A stretch of DNA of 64,000 nt from Octopus vulgaris (lineage: Eukaryota). Of the stretch, positions 29,991 through 42,619 are shown one piece after another. Position 1 is the stretch's first letter. Each line of letters opens with the position of its first letter. Location of the stretch: the NCBI GenBank assembly GCA_951406725.2, contig OX597817.1, forward strand, positions 42,718,001-42,782,000, read 5' to 3'. The translations under genes and the position numbers were made by a program. The notes under the pieces were generated by a model that saw only the letters and a program-made list of their open reading frames with translations, searched no databases and was not told where the DNA came from.

Positions 29991-30022
<32 letters not shown>

Positions 30023-30024
30023 CA

Positions 30025-30480
30025 TCATCGTTTAACGTCCGCTTTCCATGCTAGCATGGGTTGGACGGTTCAACTGGGGTCTGGGAAGCCCGAAGGCTGC
30101 ACCAGGCCAGTCAGATCTGGCAGTGCTTCAACAGCTGGATGCCCTTCCTAACACCAACCACTCCGAGAGTGTAGTGGGTGATTTTATGTGCCACCGACAC
30201 AGGTGCCAGACAAGGCTGGCGAACAGCCACGCTCGGATGGTGTTTTTTTATGTGCCACCGACACAGGTGCCAGACGAGGCTGGCGAACGGCCACGCTCGG
30301 ATGGTGTTTTTTATGTGCCACCGACACAGGTGCCAGACGAGGCTGGCGAACGGCCACGCTCGGATGGTGTTTGCTACGTGCCCACAGCACGGAGGCCAGT
30401 CGATGCGGTACTGGCTATGGCCACGTTCGGATGGTTTTCTTATGTGCTACCGGCACCACAAAGATACAAATTCCATTGAT
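30025..30480 (-). mobile_element. (GAT)n-tailed SINE-like copy with three ~63-bp internal tandem units
   Basis: TGTGCCACCGACACAGGTGCCAGAC at 30187, 30251 and 30314. Confidence 0.85.
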
Positions 30481-30504
30481 GTTCATCGATTTTGATTTGG
30501 TTTG

Positions 30505-30550
<46 letters not shown>

Positions 30551-30651
30551 AATATTAATTAGAGACAAAACCACTATTATGCAAATCAAACAAAGAAAGA
30601 CTTAATCCAATACATAAAAAATTTTATATAAATTAAATAAAATTAAATTCG

Positions 30652-30697
30652 CCACTACAATTGTTTCGTGTCTCTTCTAAGGACATTCATCAGGTGG
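30652..30697 (-). ncRNA. Minimal type I hammerhead ribozyme motif
   Basis: Minus strand CCAC CTGATGA A TGTC CTTAGAAGA GACA C GAAA CAATTG TA GTGG. Confidence 0.75.
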
Positions 30698-30757
30698 TCT
30701 TCAGATCTTCTATTCAATTTTAAGTTATGAAGTATAATTGAATAGAAGATCTGAAAA

Positions 30758-30803
30758 CCACCTGATGAATATCCTTAGAAGAGACACGAAACAATTGTAG
30801 TGG
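30758..30803 (+). ncRNA. Minimal type I hammerhead ribozyme motif (mirror arm, one stem II mismatch)
   Basis: CCAC CTGATGA A TATC CTTAGAAGA GACA C GAAA CAATTG TA GTGG. Confidence 0.7.
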
Positions 30804-31184
30804 CGAATTTAATCTTATTTAATTTATATAAATTTTTTTATGTATTGGATTAAGTCTTTCTTTGTTTGATTTGCATAATAGTGGTTTTGTCTCTAATTAA
30901 TATTATATAATATTTTACTATAAAATTGGATTCAATCCTAAATCTGATTTTTCCCTGTAAATTTGGATTTATTCCCTAATATTTATTATTATATATATAT
31001 ATATATATACACTTAATCATATCGGAGGGAAATGGAAATTAATAGAAATTTTCATTTCCAGTGGCCTAGCGTGTAAAAATTTAGTTCAAAGACCATGTAT
31101 TACTCATAAAATACAGTGTACATTTAAACACATATGAGGAATCTATTCATGGGATTCATCACGCTAGAACCTAGCTGTTCTTTC

Positions 31185-31511
31185 TACGGAGATTATGAAA
31201 CTGAATATTTTTTTGTGGATGATTACGTCGTTTATGTTTCAAAAAAGAAGAAAAAAGGGTCGTTAAATGAGGGGGAAAATATTTTCCAGACATTTAGTTA
31301 TTGTTTCTAGCATATCGGGTTTTCTTGTGGTGGTAGATATTTTTTCGTCTGCTGTTTCAGGAGAAATCTACGCATGCATGAAATATCAGACGAAAGTAAA
31401 ACAGGGAGTTTTTAGCTTTTTGAAAGTGGCAAGGTGGATGGAGGGGAACAGGGTATTTTGTAAGAAAAATTAAAATCTAAAGAAAAAATTTCCAGTTTCG
31501 TAATCTCCGTA
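31185..31511. mobile_element. Small TIR element
   Basis: TACGGAGATTATGAAACTG is the near-inverse of CAGTTTCGTAATCTCCGTA. Confidence 0.55.
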
Positions 31512-31924
31512 TTTTTCTACGTGGATTAATAAAAAAAAATTCGAAAAAAGTGAAAAATTATAAAATTAGGGTAGGGAGGAGGAAATTAAAATTTTGGAAA
31601 TATGATTTCTTTTATTTTTTTTGCAAAATCGTAATCTCCTATATCAAAACCAAAGGAATCCGAGGAAATTTATGAAAAAAAAAGAAGGGTATGGAGTGCT
31701 TACACTTTACCTCCGCCGGTTTATATTACAATTAAGAAAATGGTAATTTTTTTTTTTCTTTTTAAAGAAATTATATAGACTGTTACGGAGATGTACTTGC
31801 ATAGCAAGTGACCTGATTTGAGATCGTGTGCTGAAACAAAAACAATTGTAGCGTTGAAGATGTTTATAAACCATTTCAAAACACACGAAAACCATTAGCT
31901 TCACTTCAGCATTTAAATTTAATT

Positions 31925-31971
31925 TGTCAAAACATTTTCTTCGCTTTGAAATCGCGACCTGTTCACTGGCA
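31925..31971 (-). ncRNA. Hammerhead-like motif with G3-C8 swapped core
   Basis: Minus strand TGCCA GTGAACA G GTCGC GATTTCAAA GCGAA GAAA ATGT TT TGACA. Confidence 0.45.
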
Positions 31972-32193
31972 TGCAAAAATAATTTTTGCTTTATTAGAGT
32001 GTTGCATTAAAAATTAGAAACGTAAAAATTTCGTTTTGAATTTTCCACGCCGGTTTTGTAGCAACGCGCACCCCCACCATATTACGACATAACCGTCACA
32101 TTGACTACGTTGGCAAATAACAGATCAGGTTAAAGAAGGGCTGCAATTTAATGCTGTTAGGAAAGTTCGTTCACTGCTGACATTTATTCTACA

Positions 32194-32558
32194 ATGCAGC
32201 TGAATAACTGGAAGGCAATCAGCGGTGTTATAGTACCTGCTGTTGTTTTATTCATTGCTGTTTATTACTATTACTATTTTAATAAACACAGCAGCGGAAT
32301 CAATGAAACTAAACACGGCCTCGATGAGATTCTTTCTGGTCTCCTCCGGGCTGAAAAAAAAGTTGATAATCTTGCAAGGCCTCGAGTGGCACTAGGACTT
32401 GGTGGATGTCTCGACTTGACCGTCAGTGCTTTAGCTTTATTCCAAAAACTGGGATTAGCTCCATCGAACAATTCTAATGTTCATCACGAATCAATCAGTT
32501 CTTTTGTTGAATTGGAAGAATTATTCACTTATTTCTTCACCTACGGAGCCGCAGCAGA
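32194..32558 (+). CDS. ADPGK: ADP-dependent glucokinase exon 1
   Basis: ATG, hydrophobic N-terminal anchor, RVALGLGGCLDL...HHESI...F.YFF.YGAAAE; donor GA|GTAAGT; 365 bp. Confidence 0.93.
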
Positions 32559-35500
32559 GTAAGTAATTTATATCATCAACTCATCATGTCTTATACCAAA
32601 AGTTTATTTCTCGAAGTTGTTGCATTTAGATTTAACATATTTATAAACGCGAAAAGTTAAGATGTTACCGTTTTGCTGACTTTACTGAAATTCGAATTTT
32701 AATGAAATTGAAACCTAATACCGACAGCTGCAAATGTTTACAAATGTTATGTTTACAAGCTGATTATGTTTGACCTTCGTGTTTTATAACCATATGACAG
32801 TAATTGGTAATATTATCAGTTTTTATTGTATAGAAAATTGGAAATTTGTGTTGAACTAGAAAATTAGAAATTTGTTGGGTAATTTGAAATACGATGTTTA
32901 TTCTCTTCGACTATTTTAAATAGCAAAGCAGAGATGTACCATACAAAACCAACGAAGCGTGAAGGGTTACGCATTTAATGTTGTCCATCTTTTCTCTAAA
33001 TGCTGTAGAGGCTAATTAAAATAATTGAATTCTAGTTATTATTTTATTTCCTGGGTAGACGTTTGGGCTCTTCTCTATAGAACGGGGAAAGTGGAGTTGT
33101 GAAACTTGTCTTTCCTTGAAGTGAAACTACTCTATCGGGAAGAGGGACAGGGACACGAGCTCAATTCACTAAAAGCTTGCTTTTATGATGACCCATTGAG
33201 AGAGCCCACATGTTTAGCCATCTGACCTGCTCAACAAAGGAAAACCCGACTCCGAGAAAAGTGTGATGGCCTGCGTCAGCAAAATTCAGTAAATAAAGTT
33301 CGTAAATTCAAGTTGCTATTGTTTAGACCTGACTGAGAAGACTTATGATCAAAGGCATTCCAGCTTAAATTGTCCCATCTTTTGTTTTTTTAAGACGATA
33401 AGGTTTTAAGGGGAGCGTTTGGTTATTGTTTCTGTTAGTTTGAGCGATCATGCAGAGATTCTGCTGTTGTTGATTCGATATATGTCATGATAGAGACCTA
33501 AACGTAACAAGACACTTTAGAGGAAAATGCTTCTCTTACGTGCTGAATAAACAAATTTTTTTATGTATAACCACATCTTCAAATCGTAAATCGCTGGACA
33601 ATATGCTGAAGTTTGTTTAGTCTACCCAAGCTGATTTATGTCAAATAACGATTCTCTCTCTCTCTCTCAACCGACAGGACAAACTACTGTAATTAAATAA
33701 GTTTGTTTAGTGTTAAGGGTAAGAGATTCCACAGATAAATGAATGAAACTATTGAGATGGACGTTCAGAGGACGACCCTATTAAATAAGGGTTCTTGTAG
33801 GCCCTCAACTGAGCGGGTAATGAAAAGCAAAAGACGTAAATAAAGCAAGGTATAGTGAATGCTTCCATAATAAAAATTTTATGGAAAGAATGCCGATTTT
33901 ATATATTACCGAAGGATCGCAAATTTCTAGGGTGAAATTGAATCTCTAAGTGTGTCAAATATTTTCATGGATGAGTAATTAACAGCAAATAAAGAAGGTA
34001 CAATTAACTTCCTTCAAAACTATGTTCCACTTTCAGTGGGGCAAACAGTTTGCATAAAGTCTGTTTCAAAGTTGTGTAGTCTCTCTCACTTGCTCAATCT
34101 ATGAGTAACAATAAATAAAAGGGAAGGGATATTCTTCAGAAAAAAAAAAGTTTTACTTCCGAGAGCGGTGTTCAGGGAACGAACTTTTAACGAACCGAAT
34201 TATCTCTGACAACAGCTTACATAAGTCCTCTCTTCCCTCCTCCCTCTCTCTGTCTTTGTATGTAAACACATATAGAGAGACACGCAAACGTGTGTATGTG
34301 TGTGTGTATTACATGTAATCATCATCATTTAACGTCTGTTGTTCATGCTAGCATGGGTTGGACACTTTGACCAGAGCTGATAAGCTGAGGGGTTGCATCA
34401 CACTCCAGTCTGGTTTGGCATGGTTTCTACGACTGGATGCTCTTCCTAACGCCAACCACTTTACAGAGTGTAGTGGGTACTTTTACGTATTATCACTCGT
34501 GCGCTTTTACGTGGTACTACCACGAGTGCTTTACACCACCAGAAGGACCAGACTTAACACTTCTGCTGTGGGTAGAAAAGGCAGTGAGGGAGTTAAGTAA
34601 CACCTGTATTGATGTAGTGAAGGTTGTGAAGAAATTCAACCCTTGATAATTGGAGTAACCCGACAGGAAATTTTCAATCCCGGTGAAGGATGAATGGACC
34701 CCATTTGTGGATATCTTTCTCAGAAAGTTCTGTCAGGCAAAAACCATAAGTAATATAAAGGGCAACAACTTCGTTTTTACTCAACTTTTCAGGAACCAGA
34801 AACCACTGGGTTTGTAGAAACGATACATGTGGTCATTGAGGAGAGTTAAATATCCAAAGTATGAAAATAAAGATTATGTAATTGTTTCAGGTGTTGGTAC
34901 CTGTGTCAGAGAGATTTCCTTTCTTGGAAACATTGTGACATATTTCTGAAAGCTCAGTCAATTTCTATAGAAAGAAAGATTAAAAAGTTCAGTAATGATA
35001 GGGACACGTTTAAGATGGTTTGACAGTAATGTATATAGAATGCCATCTGGTTCAGCCTTAGGTAATTAATGTCAGTGATCAAAATAAATAACGTTAATAA
35101 CCCACTCTAATTATACCATTATTATAAATGTGAAACATTTATATTGATGATGTATAATGGTGCTTCATGTGATGATTATAATATAGAACAGACCTGCTAT
35201 ATGCATCCCATCTATATCATCCATAGATTATTGACAAGAAAAATATCTAAAACTGTCAGTTTTAAATAGCCAATGTGTAGACTACTTCCAAGATTCTCAA
35301 GTTAAAGAAATAAGTTCCTACGTAGTATTTCTTTGCATGTATAAAAACTAAATATTTCAAAACTTCAAATTATTCAGGACAGATGAAAGTGTGTCACATT
35401 GTTAACTGAATAAATGAATTGAAATTTGTTGTTTAATGTGTAAGACTAAATTTTTCTTAGTAATTATTGAAGATTTCATCTTGTTAAAAAGTTTATTTTG

Positions 35501-38077
35501 AAACTTGAGTTATTCGTAAATTTTTACAAAAGTTGATTTGAAAATCTTTGGGTCTTTTCTTTTTTTTACATGGCAGCCTTTTGTTCGTATTAACCATTTT
35601 TAATTGATTTAAATGGAAATGTCTTAATATCTAAATTACTGTGAAGGTGACGAGCTGGCAGAATCATTAGCACTCTGGGCAAAATGCCCAGGGAAAATCT
35701 TTACGTTCTGAGTTCAAATTCCACCAAGGTCAGCTTTGCCTTTCATCCTTTCAGGGTTGATAGAATAGGTACCAGCTGAGCACTGGAGGCAAATTATCAA
35801 TTTTCCCCCACCCCTGAAATTGCTGGCCTTTTGCCAAAATTTGAAACTAATATTTAAGTTATTGTGTTTTGGCAGAAGACTAAGGCATTAGCTATATTGT
35901 AGTTGAATACTGTGCGTGTGCATTTATGTTTGTGTCTCCTTGTCTTGACATCACATGATAGCTATAAATAAGTGCCTTTGTCACACAAGCAATGTCATTC
36001 ATTTCCAATATGTCTGGCCATGGGAAATATTGCCTTGCCCAGAAACAAAGGACGTTTGGCAACAGAAAGGGCGTCTGGATGTTGAAAATCTGACCCATGC
36101 AGGCATGAAAAAGTGGATGTTAAAATGATTATGATGATGAATATTTTGGGGATACTATATAAATTGTTGCCTTTTGACATACTTTTAAAACAATTGGTAG
36201 GATTTTGTTCTTTAGCTTCTTTTGGCTGGTTGTTTGTCCTCCAAATTTACTTTTAATAACTGTTACTATTCATACACTGTTAAATTGTAATGCTCACTTC
36301 CGGAAAGTTGCTCTCAGATTATTTCTAAATTTGCTGTATTTTAAATAATGTAATAATGTAAAATACACAAACTTGTTTATTAAGAAAAAACTTTTCATTT
36401 ATAAAAAATATATATATGTGATGACTTTGGAAAGAGCTTTTTAGATAATAATAATAATAACCAGCTTCTGTGCCAGTGGCACATAAAAGGCACCATTCAA
36501 GTGTGATCGTTACCAGCGTCGCCTTAGTGGTACCTGTGCCGGTGGAATGTGTAAAAAGATTCAAGCAAGGTCATTGCCAGTATCGCCTGACTGCCCCCCC
36601 CCCCACCCCGTGGCATGTAAAAAGCACCCACTACACTCTCAGAGTGGTTGGCGTTAGGAAGGGCATCCAGCTGTAAAAACTCTGCCAAATCAAGATTGGA
36701 GCCTGGTGCAGCCATCTCGCTCGCCAGCCCTCAGTCAAAATCGTCCAACCCATGCTAGCATGGAAAGCGGACGTTAAATGATAATGATATATAATTGTTT
36801 TTTTTATTTATAAGTTTATTAAAAATTCTATAGAAACATTTTTATAAATAAAAGCATATGCATACTTCCAGCTTGGATCTGCATTTACCTAAGTTTGGTA
36901 ACAGAAACATTATGTTATTAGTTTACTTATTCTATATTATTGTCTCAAGAACTCTCAAGAAAGTTATAATGGTCGGTGCTTTGCCTTGTCTTATAGCATT
37001 AAGCAAATTAAAGATGAGATACATTGAAAACCACTAAATCACCTCAGGTAGGTTAGAGAATGCTATTACATCTGGTAACAAGATCAGGCATCTGTTTCCA
37101 ACAGCTAGGTGAATATAGTCAATATAAAATTAAGCTTTCTATTCACTGTCACTATGAAATACTTGAACTTAATACCTTATTAATAACTTATTGATTTTAT
37201 AATTTAATGAATAAATTTCTAAAAGTTAATGCTATACTTTTTCTATTTTGTGTGTCTGTTTTTAGTTAATTGTATAAATACATAAATCTACTACATTTTG
37301 AATTTGAGTTTTACCTATTTTTGTACCCACATAACCTTTTAGTGTTGGGTGCATAAAATGTAAACACTAACCTGATAAACTGCAATATTCATCCCAAGAT
37401 AGCATCTTTTATAGACAGTGTTAAAAATCATAGATATACATCAGTAGCTAGTGTTAACAGTAGTTTAACTACTGTGAATGACATTACAGAGACTGGGTTT
37501 TAATTCAGAAGTGTGTGTGTATTCTTTTATTTGTTTTGGTCATTTGACTGTGGCCATGCTGAAGCACTGCCTTTAGTTGAACAAATCGACCCCAGGACTT
37601 ATTCTTTGTAAACCTAGTACTTATTCTATCAGTCTCTTTGGCCAGACCACTAAGTTACAAGGATGTAAACACCAACATCAGTTGTCAAGTGTATGTATGA
37701 TGGATTCTCTCTCGTCATGAACAACTAATGAGTATTCAGTAAAAGCAAAGTGGTAATCACGTTCTATGAACACAAATGTGTCTCTTGAGCCTTGCTGGTA
37801 CCTTTGCAAACCTTTTGACAAAGGGAACAAGTTGAGGACTCAGTTTGCTCAAGTGCTTGTGGATCATTTACTATGTGTTTTCTTGAGTGGACGGCAAGGC
37901 CTGCTTTGCTCTGTGCTACAAAAGCCAATGATAGATATATGCACACTGACATTACCCATCCAGCAGAGCATACTGGCTTCATTTCTTTCAAGTCTTCACA
38001 TATCCTCAGTGGTCACAGATCAAGTCTCACTGCCATGTAGCATAATATACATGTAGCATAATACACACATATATGTG

Positions 38078-38410
38078 AAGGCGCATGACTCAGTGGTTAG
38101 AGCATCAAGCTTACAATTGTGAGGTAGTGAGTTCGATTCCCGGACCGTGTTGTGTATTGTGTTCTTGAGCAAGACACTTTATTTCACGTTGCTCCAGTTC
38201 ACTCAGCTGTAGGAATGAGTTGCGACATCACTAATGCCAAGCTGTATCAGCCCCTTTGCCTTTCCCTTGGATAACATTGGTGACATGGCGAGGCTGGTGT
38301 GGTGTGGGTGACTGCTGGTCTTCCATAAACAACCTTGCCCGGACTTGTGCCTCAGAGGGTAACTTTGTAGATGCAATCCCATGGTCATTCATGACTGAAG
38401 GGGGTCACCC
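38078..38410 (+). mobile_element. tRNA-derived SINE (second copy ~26862-27172)
   Basis: GACTCAGTGGTTAGAGC...GAGTTCGATTCCC A/B boxes then TGTTCTTGAGCAAGACACTT body. Confidence 0.75.
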
Positions 38411-38769
38411 CTATATATATATTTATATATCATCTTCATCATACATCTGTTTTCCTTGTTGGCATGAGTTGGACAGTTTGATTGAAGCTGTTCAGGTTCC
38501 ATGTCCGTTTTTACATGGTTTCTCTGGCTGGATACCCTTCCTAATGCCAACCGCTTTACAGAGTGTACTGGGTACTTTTACACAGCACTGGCACTGGTGC
38601 ATTTACATGATATCAGTATGGATGCTTTTTATATGACACCAGGACCCATGTGCCCACAAGGTTGGGAATGCCCAGCTGGAGAGGAATGCAGGGGACAGTC
38701 TGTATGCAAAGACAATCATGCTTTTACTTAGCTTGACGTATCTTTTGAAGCACAACAAACTACCAGGAT

Positions 38770-38964
38770 TATTATTACTATTCAGGTCACTACCTGGAAT
38801 TGAACTTGGAATCTTGGGGTTAGTAGCCAGCGCTCTTAACCACTATGCCCACGGGCATATGAGAACCTCATTCCTAACCACTCTGGCATAGTGGTTAAGA
38901 GCACGGGCTATTAATCCCAAGATTCCGAGTTCGATTCCAGAAAGCGACCTGAATAATAATAATA
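38770..38964. mobile_element. Head-to-head pair of short tRNA-like SINEs with (AAT)n tails
   Basis: GGCATAGTGGTTAAGAGC...GAGTTCGATTCCAG...CCTGAATAATAAT at ~38885-38964 and its inverse at ~38770-38850. Confidence 0.7.
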
Positions 38965-39577
38965 AACTACCAAGAGTCGTGGTCTCCTGTTGTTCCCTCT
39001 GTGAGTCTCAATGTCTGTAGATCCTTTCTCATCATATCATCCCATGTTTTCCTGGATCTACCCCTTCCATGTATTCCCTCTATTCTTGATGTAACTGTCT
39101 TCATTCATATGCATTACATGGCCATACCAATGCACACAACATCTGATGCCTCTTATACCCAGTTTTTCTTTCAAATCACTTAAACTCTGTCACATATGTA
39201 CACTGACATTACCCATCCAGCAGAGCATACTGGCTTCATTTCTTTCAAGCCTTCACATATCCCCAGTAGCCATAGCCCATGTCTCACTGCCATGTAGCAT
39301 AATATGCATATAAAATATATAATACAGGAAGATGGACTGAACAGGCTTTAATTCAAATCACAACAATTGTTTCTGTGCATTAGTAACAGACAGCTGTTAG
39401 TTGCTGTGTATTCCTGCTCTATGATAGCATTTGGTAACTGATATCTGTAGAGAAGCTTTGAAATGTATGTTATAAGGTGATATTATACATATATAAATAT
39501 GTGTGTGTGTTAAATTAAATGAAGCAACAAAACCAATACTGTGTGGAATTTTCAGGACATTTATAAAAAGAAAGTTA

Positions 39578-39625
39578 GTCTTACAGCTGTTTATGGGATG
39601 TTAGGGATATCACTTCATCAGAGAC
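39578..39625 (-). ncRNA. Decayed hammerhead motif (GAAA to TAAA)
   Basis: Minus strand GTCT CTGATGA AGTGAT...ATCCCA TAAA CAGCTG TA AGAC. Confidence 0.55.
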
Positions 39626-41113
39626 GATGTGAAATGGTTAAATAGAGGGAAATAGTAGAGTTCAATGTAAGGAGTTATTTTGGAAAAGGATGGATATAGG
39701 AAGTATAAAGAGAAATAAGAGAATAAAAATACAAGTGAAAATATATGTAGAATGTTACAGTTGCATCCTACAATATTTCCCATATTTTAGCTTTGAGTAA
39801 CACAAATGGGATTTGGATGTATAAAGTCAAAAAAGAAATTATAAGGAACATATATATAAAAATAATCCCTTCTGCTATAAACACAAGTTGTGAAATGTTG
39901 GGTGGGTGTGGCTAGTTAATCACATCAACCCCAGTGTTCAACTGGTGTTTATTTTATCAACTCCAAAAGGATGAAGGACAAAATTGACCTCAGTTTTGGT
40001 AGAATTCAAACTCAGAATGTAAAGACCGGTGAAATGCTGTTTAACATTTTATTTGGTGTGTTAACAATTCTGCCAACTTGTTGCTGTAATATATATGAAA
40101 ATAAGGGAATGATTGGTTCATTAATATTTAAAACAAAAATAATAGGATAATTCTCAATAAAAATAATGTAAGTAAAGATTTTCAGCAAACACATTGATGT
40201 TTCTGCTACATTTTTGAGGACATAAGATGTTATAGCAAACTTCCTGATAGAAAGGAATTCCTCTTGAAGGTTTGTTCAATTAATTAGTATAATTCCTAAT
40301 GTGCAATATATGGAGGAACAGGTACAGATGTGATATTCAAACTGAATTCAAGATTATTTCATGGAAATAAAAGCAGCGGGTGCAGACTTAAATATTTAAG
40401 GAACTCTTTTGCCTTAATGGACTAATCCATGCTAACCATATTTTTCTACATCATTTCTGTAAATTGGAAGGCAGTTTATAACTGTAGCTGGAACATGTAG
40501 TTCACCATTATTACACATTCAGTTAATACCATCACTGGCCATTGTCTGCAAAACTACTTTATTTTATTAAATTGTCATAAAGACAGTACAAAGGTTAGGT
40601 AGTTTTGTGGGCTGGACAAGACATTAATGAAATGAATGATAATGATACAAGAATGATATGGATGAGAGAAGACAGAAAGCACCTGCCGACCCTCTGCTTC
40701 TCTATAACATTGTTCTTTCACAAACATACATTGAGGTATTAAACCTCTTACATTTTTCAATATTTAAACATATATTGGGGTATTAAACCTCTTACAATTT
40801 TTCAACGCATACAATTTATTTGGACTAAAAAGTCCATTACAAATTTAACACATACTTGAGGCAAGTATGTGTATACTTGATGTAACTGTCTTCATTCATA
40901 TGCATTACATGGCCATACCAATGCACACAACATCTGATGCCTCTTATACCCAGTTTTTCTTTCAAATCACTTAAACTCTGTCACATATGTACACTGACAT
41001 TACCCATCCAGCAGAGCATACTGGCTTCATTTCTTTCAAGCCTTCACTTATACTAATCCCCGCTTAACTCTATTTTGTAATACCATCTAAAAGGCACTGG
41101 TATTGACGCCATG

Positions 41114-41456
41114 TACTGTATTTGATGGCCTATAAGACGCACCTTTTTTACCCAAAAATGGCTTTAAAAATCCCCCTGTATCCAATGCACTCAATGTAGG
41201 CTCAAATCTCACTCAAAACAATATGTATGTTTACAAAACGTGTGCTGCCATCTGTTGGTGAATAATCACCTATGGTATGTTTATATCGAATGTGGATGCA
41301 ATAAATTGCTTATAATTACTAGTAATAACATAAAGTTATACAGGTAAGTGGAGGAATTAAAACATTATTTGAGTGGTAATTTATTTTACAAAAGTATAGC
41401 CGAGGCTAGGGTGTGTCCTATGCACTTATGTGTCTTTTCAACCATCGAAAACAGTA
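41114..41456. mobile_element. Tigger/pogo-type MITE
   Basis: TACTGTATTTGATGG..TATAAGACGCACC versus GTGTCTTTTCAACCATCGAAAACAGTA; TA-bounded imperfect TIRs. Confidence 0.65.
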
Positions 41457-42428
41457 AAAAGCATAGGTGCTGGTGTCATATAAAAAGCACCCAATACACA
41501 CTAAAAAGTGGTTGGCATTAGGAAGGGCATCCAACTGTAAAAACCAAGTGAAAACAAACTATGGAACCTGGTACAGTTCCTGGCTTTGCCATCTCCTGTC
41601 AAACTATTCAGCCCGTGCCAGCATGGAAAATGGACATTAAATAAAGATGAGGAATATTATATTGCATTCTAAAATTGAATACAGAGCTAAAGGTAATTAA
41701 TTCCTTCAATGTATTTTTATAAAATATATTAATTTTTAGATGATTTCTACTTCATACAATCATAGAAAATTGAACAACTTATACATGGAGACCTGATTTG
41801 AAAGACATAAATGAAATGAGCTTCAATGTATCAACTAACAACTTGCTGTTTTAAATCTGACTAAAAGACTTCAGGCACAGTCATGCCTTTGGATGTCAGA
41901 AGTGAAAGTAGAAAAATCTGACGTCAGACGTCAACTTCGTGTATTTACATCGTCATGTTTAAACTTTCGTTTATTTACGTACCACCATGCTTTAATTTAC
42001 GCCGTTTATTTACGTACCACCACGCTAGGTTTATAAAAGCTTGAAGTTAATTTTTAAAATAAATGTGATACTTATTCTGTTTAAACTTTATAAATAAATA
42101 TATTCTTGCATTATTCATTATTGTTTTTAAAAAAGAAATCACACCAAATCTGCACAAATGAACCCCCATGACCATCACCGCGAGACTAGAAGTTAAGCCT
42201 TAAGTTTGAAATAAATTTTTTTTTTTCCTTTTGATGCTCTTCTGAATACATTTAATAGAATATTGTCAGTCCTGTTTGAGCAGACTAAACATTTCTACTC
42301 TATTAACTTACTTCACATACATTCTTTTTAAGACATTTTCTCTTTTCTTAGCGCATTGGCTTTTGTAAAATTTATTTTTCTTTGACTTCCTTATCTAATT
42401 TAATATGATGCTTTATTCTGTTGTCCAG

Positions 42429-42619
42429 GCGCTATGTCCATAACTCTTCATTGTTTGATGTATTATCGTCAAATGCAGACAATTTAAAGGACAAACAATG
42501 GACTCTCGGTGGCAATGCACCAGTGATGGCCAATCGATTATACCATGAAGGAGCAGATGTGCTTTTGGGTACATCGTGGAGTGAAAAACTGCTTAATTTG
42601 ATTCCAGAAGGAATCAAAG
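42429..42619 (+). CDS. ADPGK: ADPGK exon 2
   Basis: CCAG| ... |GTAAGT, 191 bp; RYVHN...WTLGGNAPVMANRL. Confidence 0.93.

Larger units (their letters stand above)
30548..30907. mobile_element. Palindromic Penelope-like terminal-repeat pair
   Basis: ~172-bp arms (30548-30719, 30736-30907), 16-bp spacer, flanked by (AT)n, each arm carrying a hammerhead motif. Confidence 0.8.

Noticed and set aside
38885-38960. Possible tRNA gene
   Set aside because: No pairing acceptor stem and an (AAT)n tail; SINE-like
41244-41260. CTCF-like motif GCTGCCATCTGTTGGTG
   Set aside because: Inside a MITE; a motif match alone is insufficient
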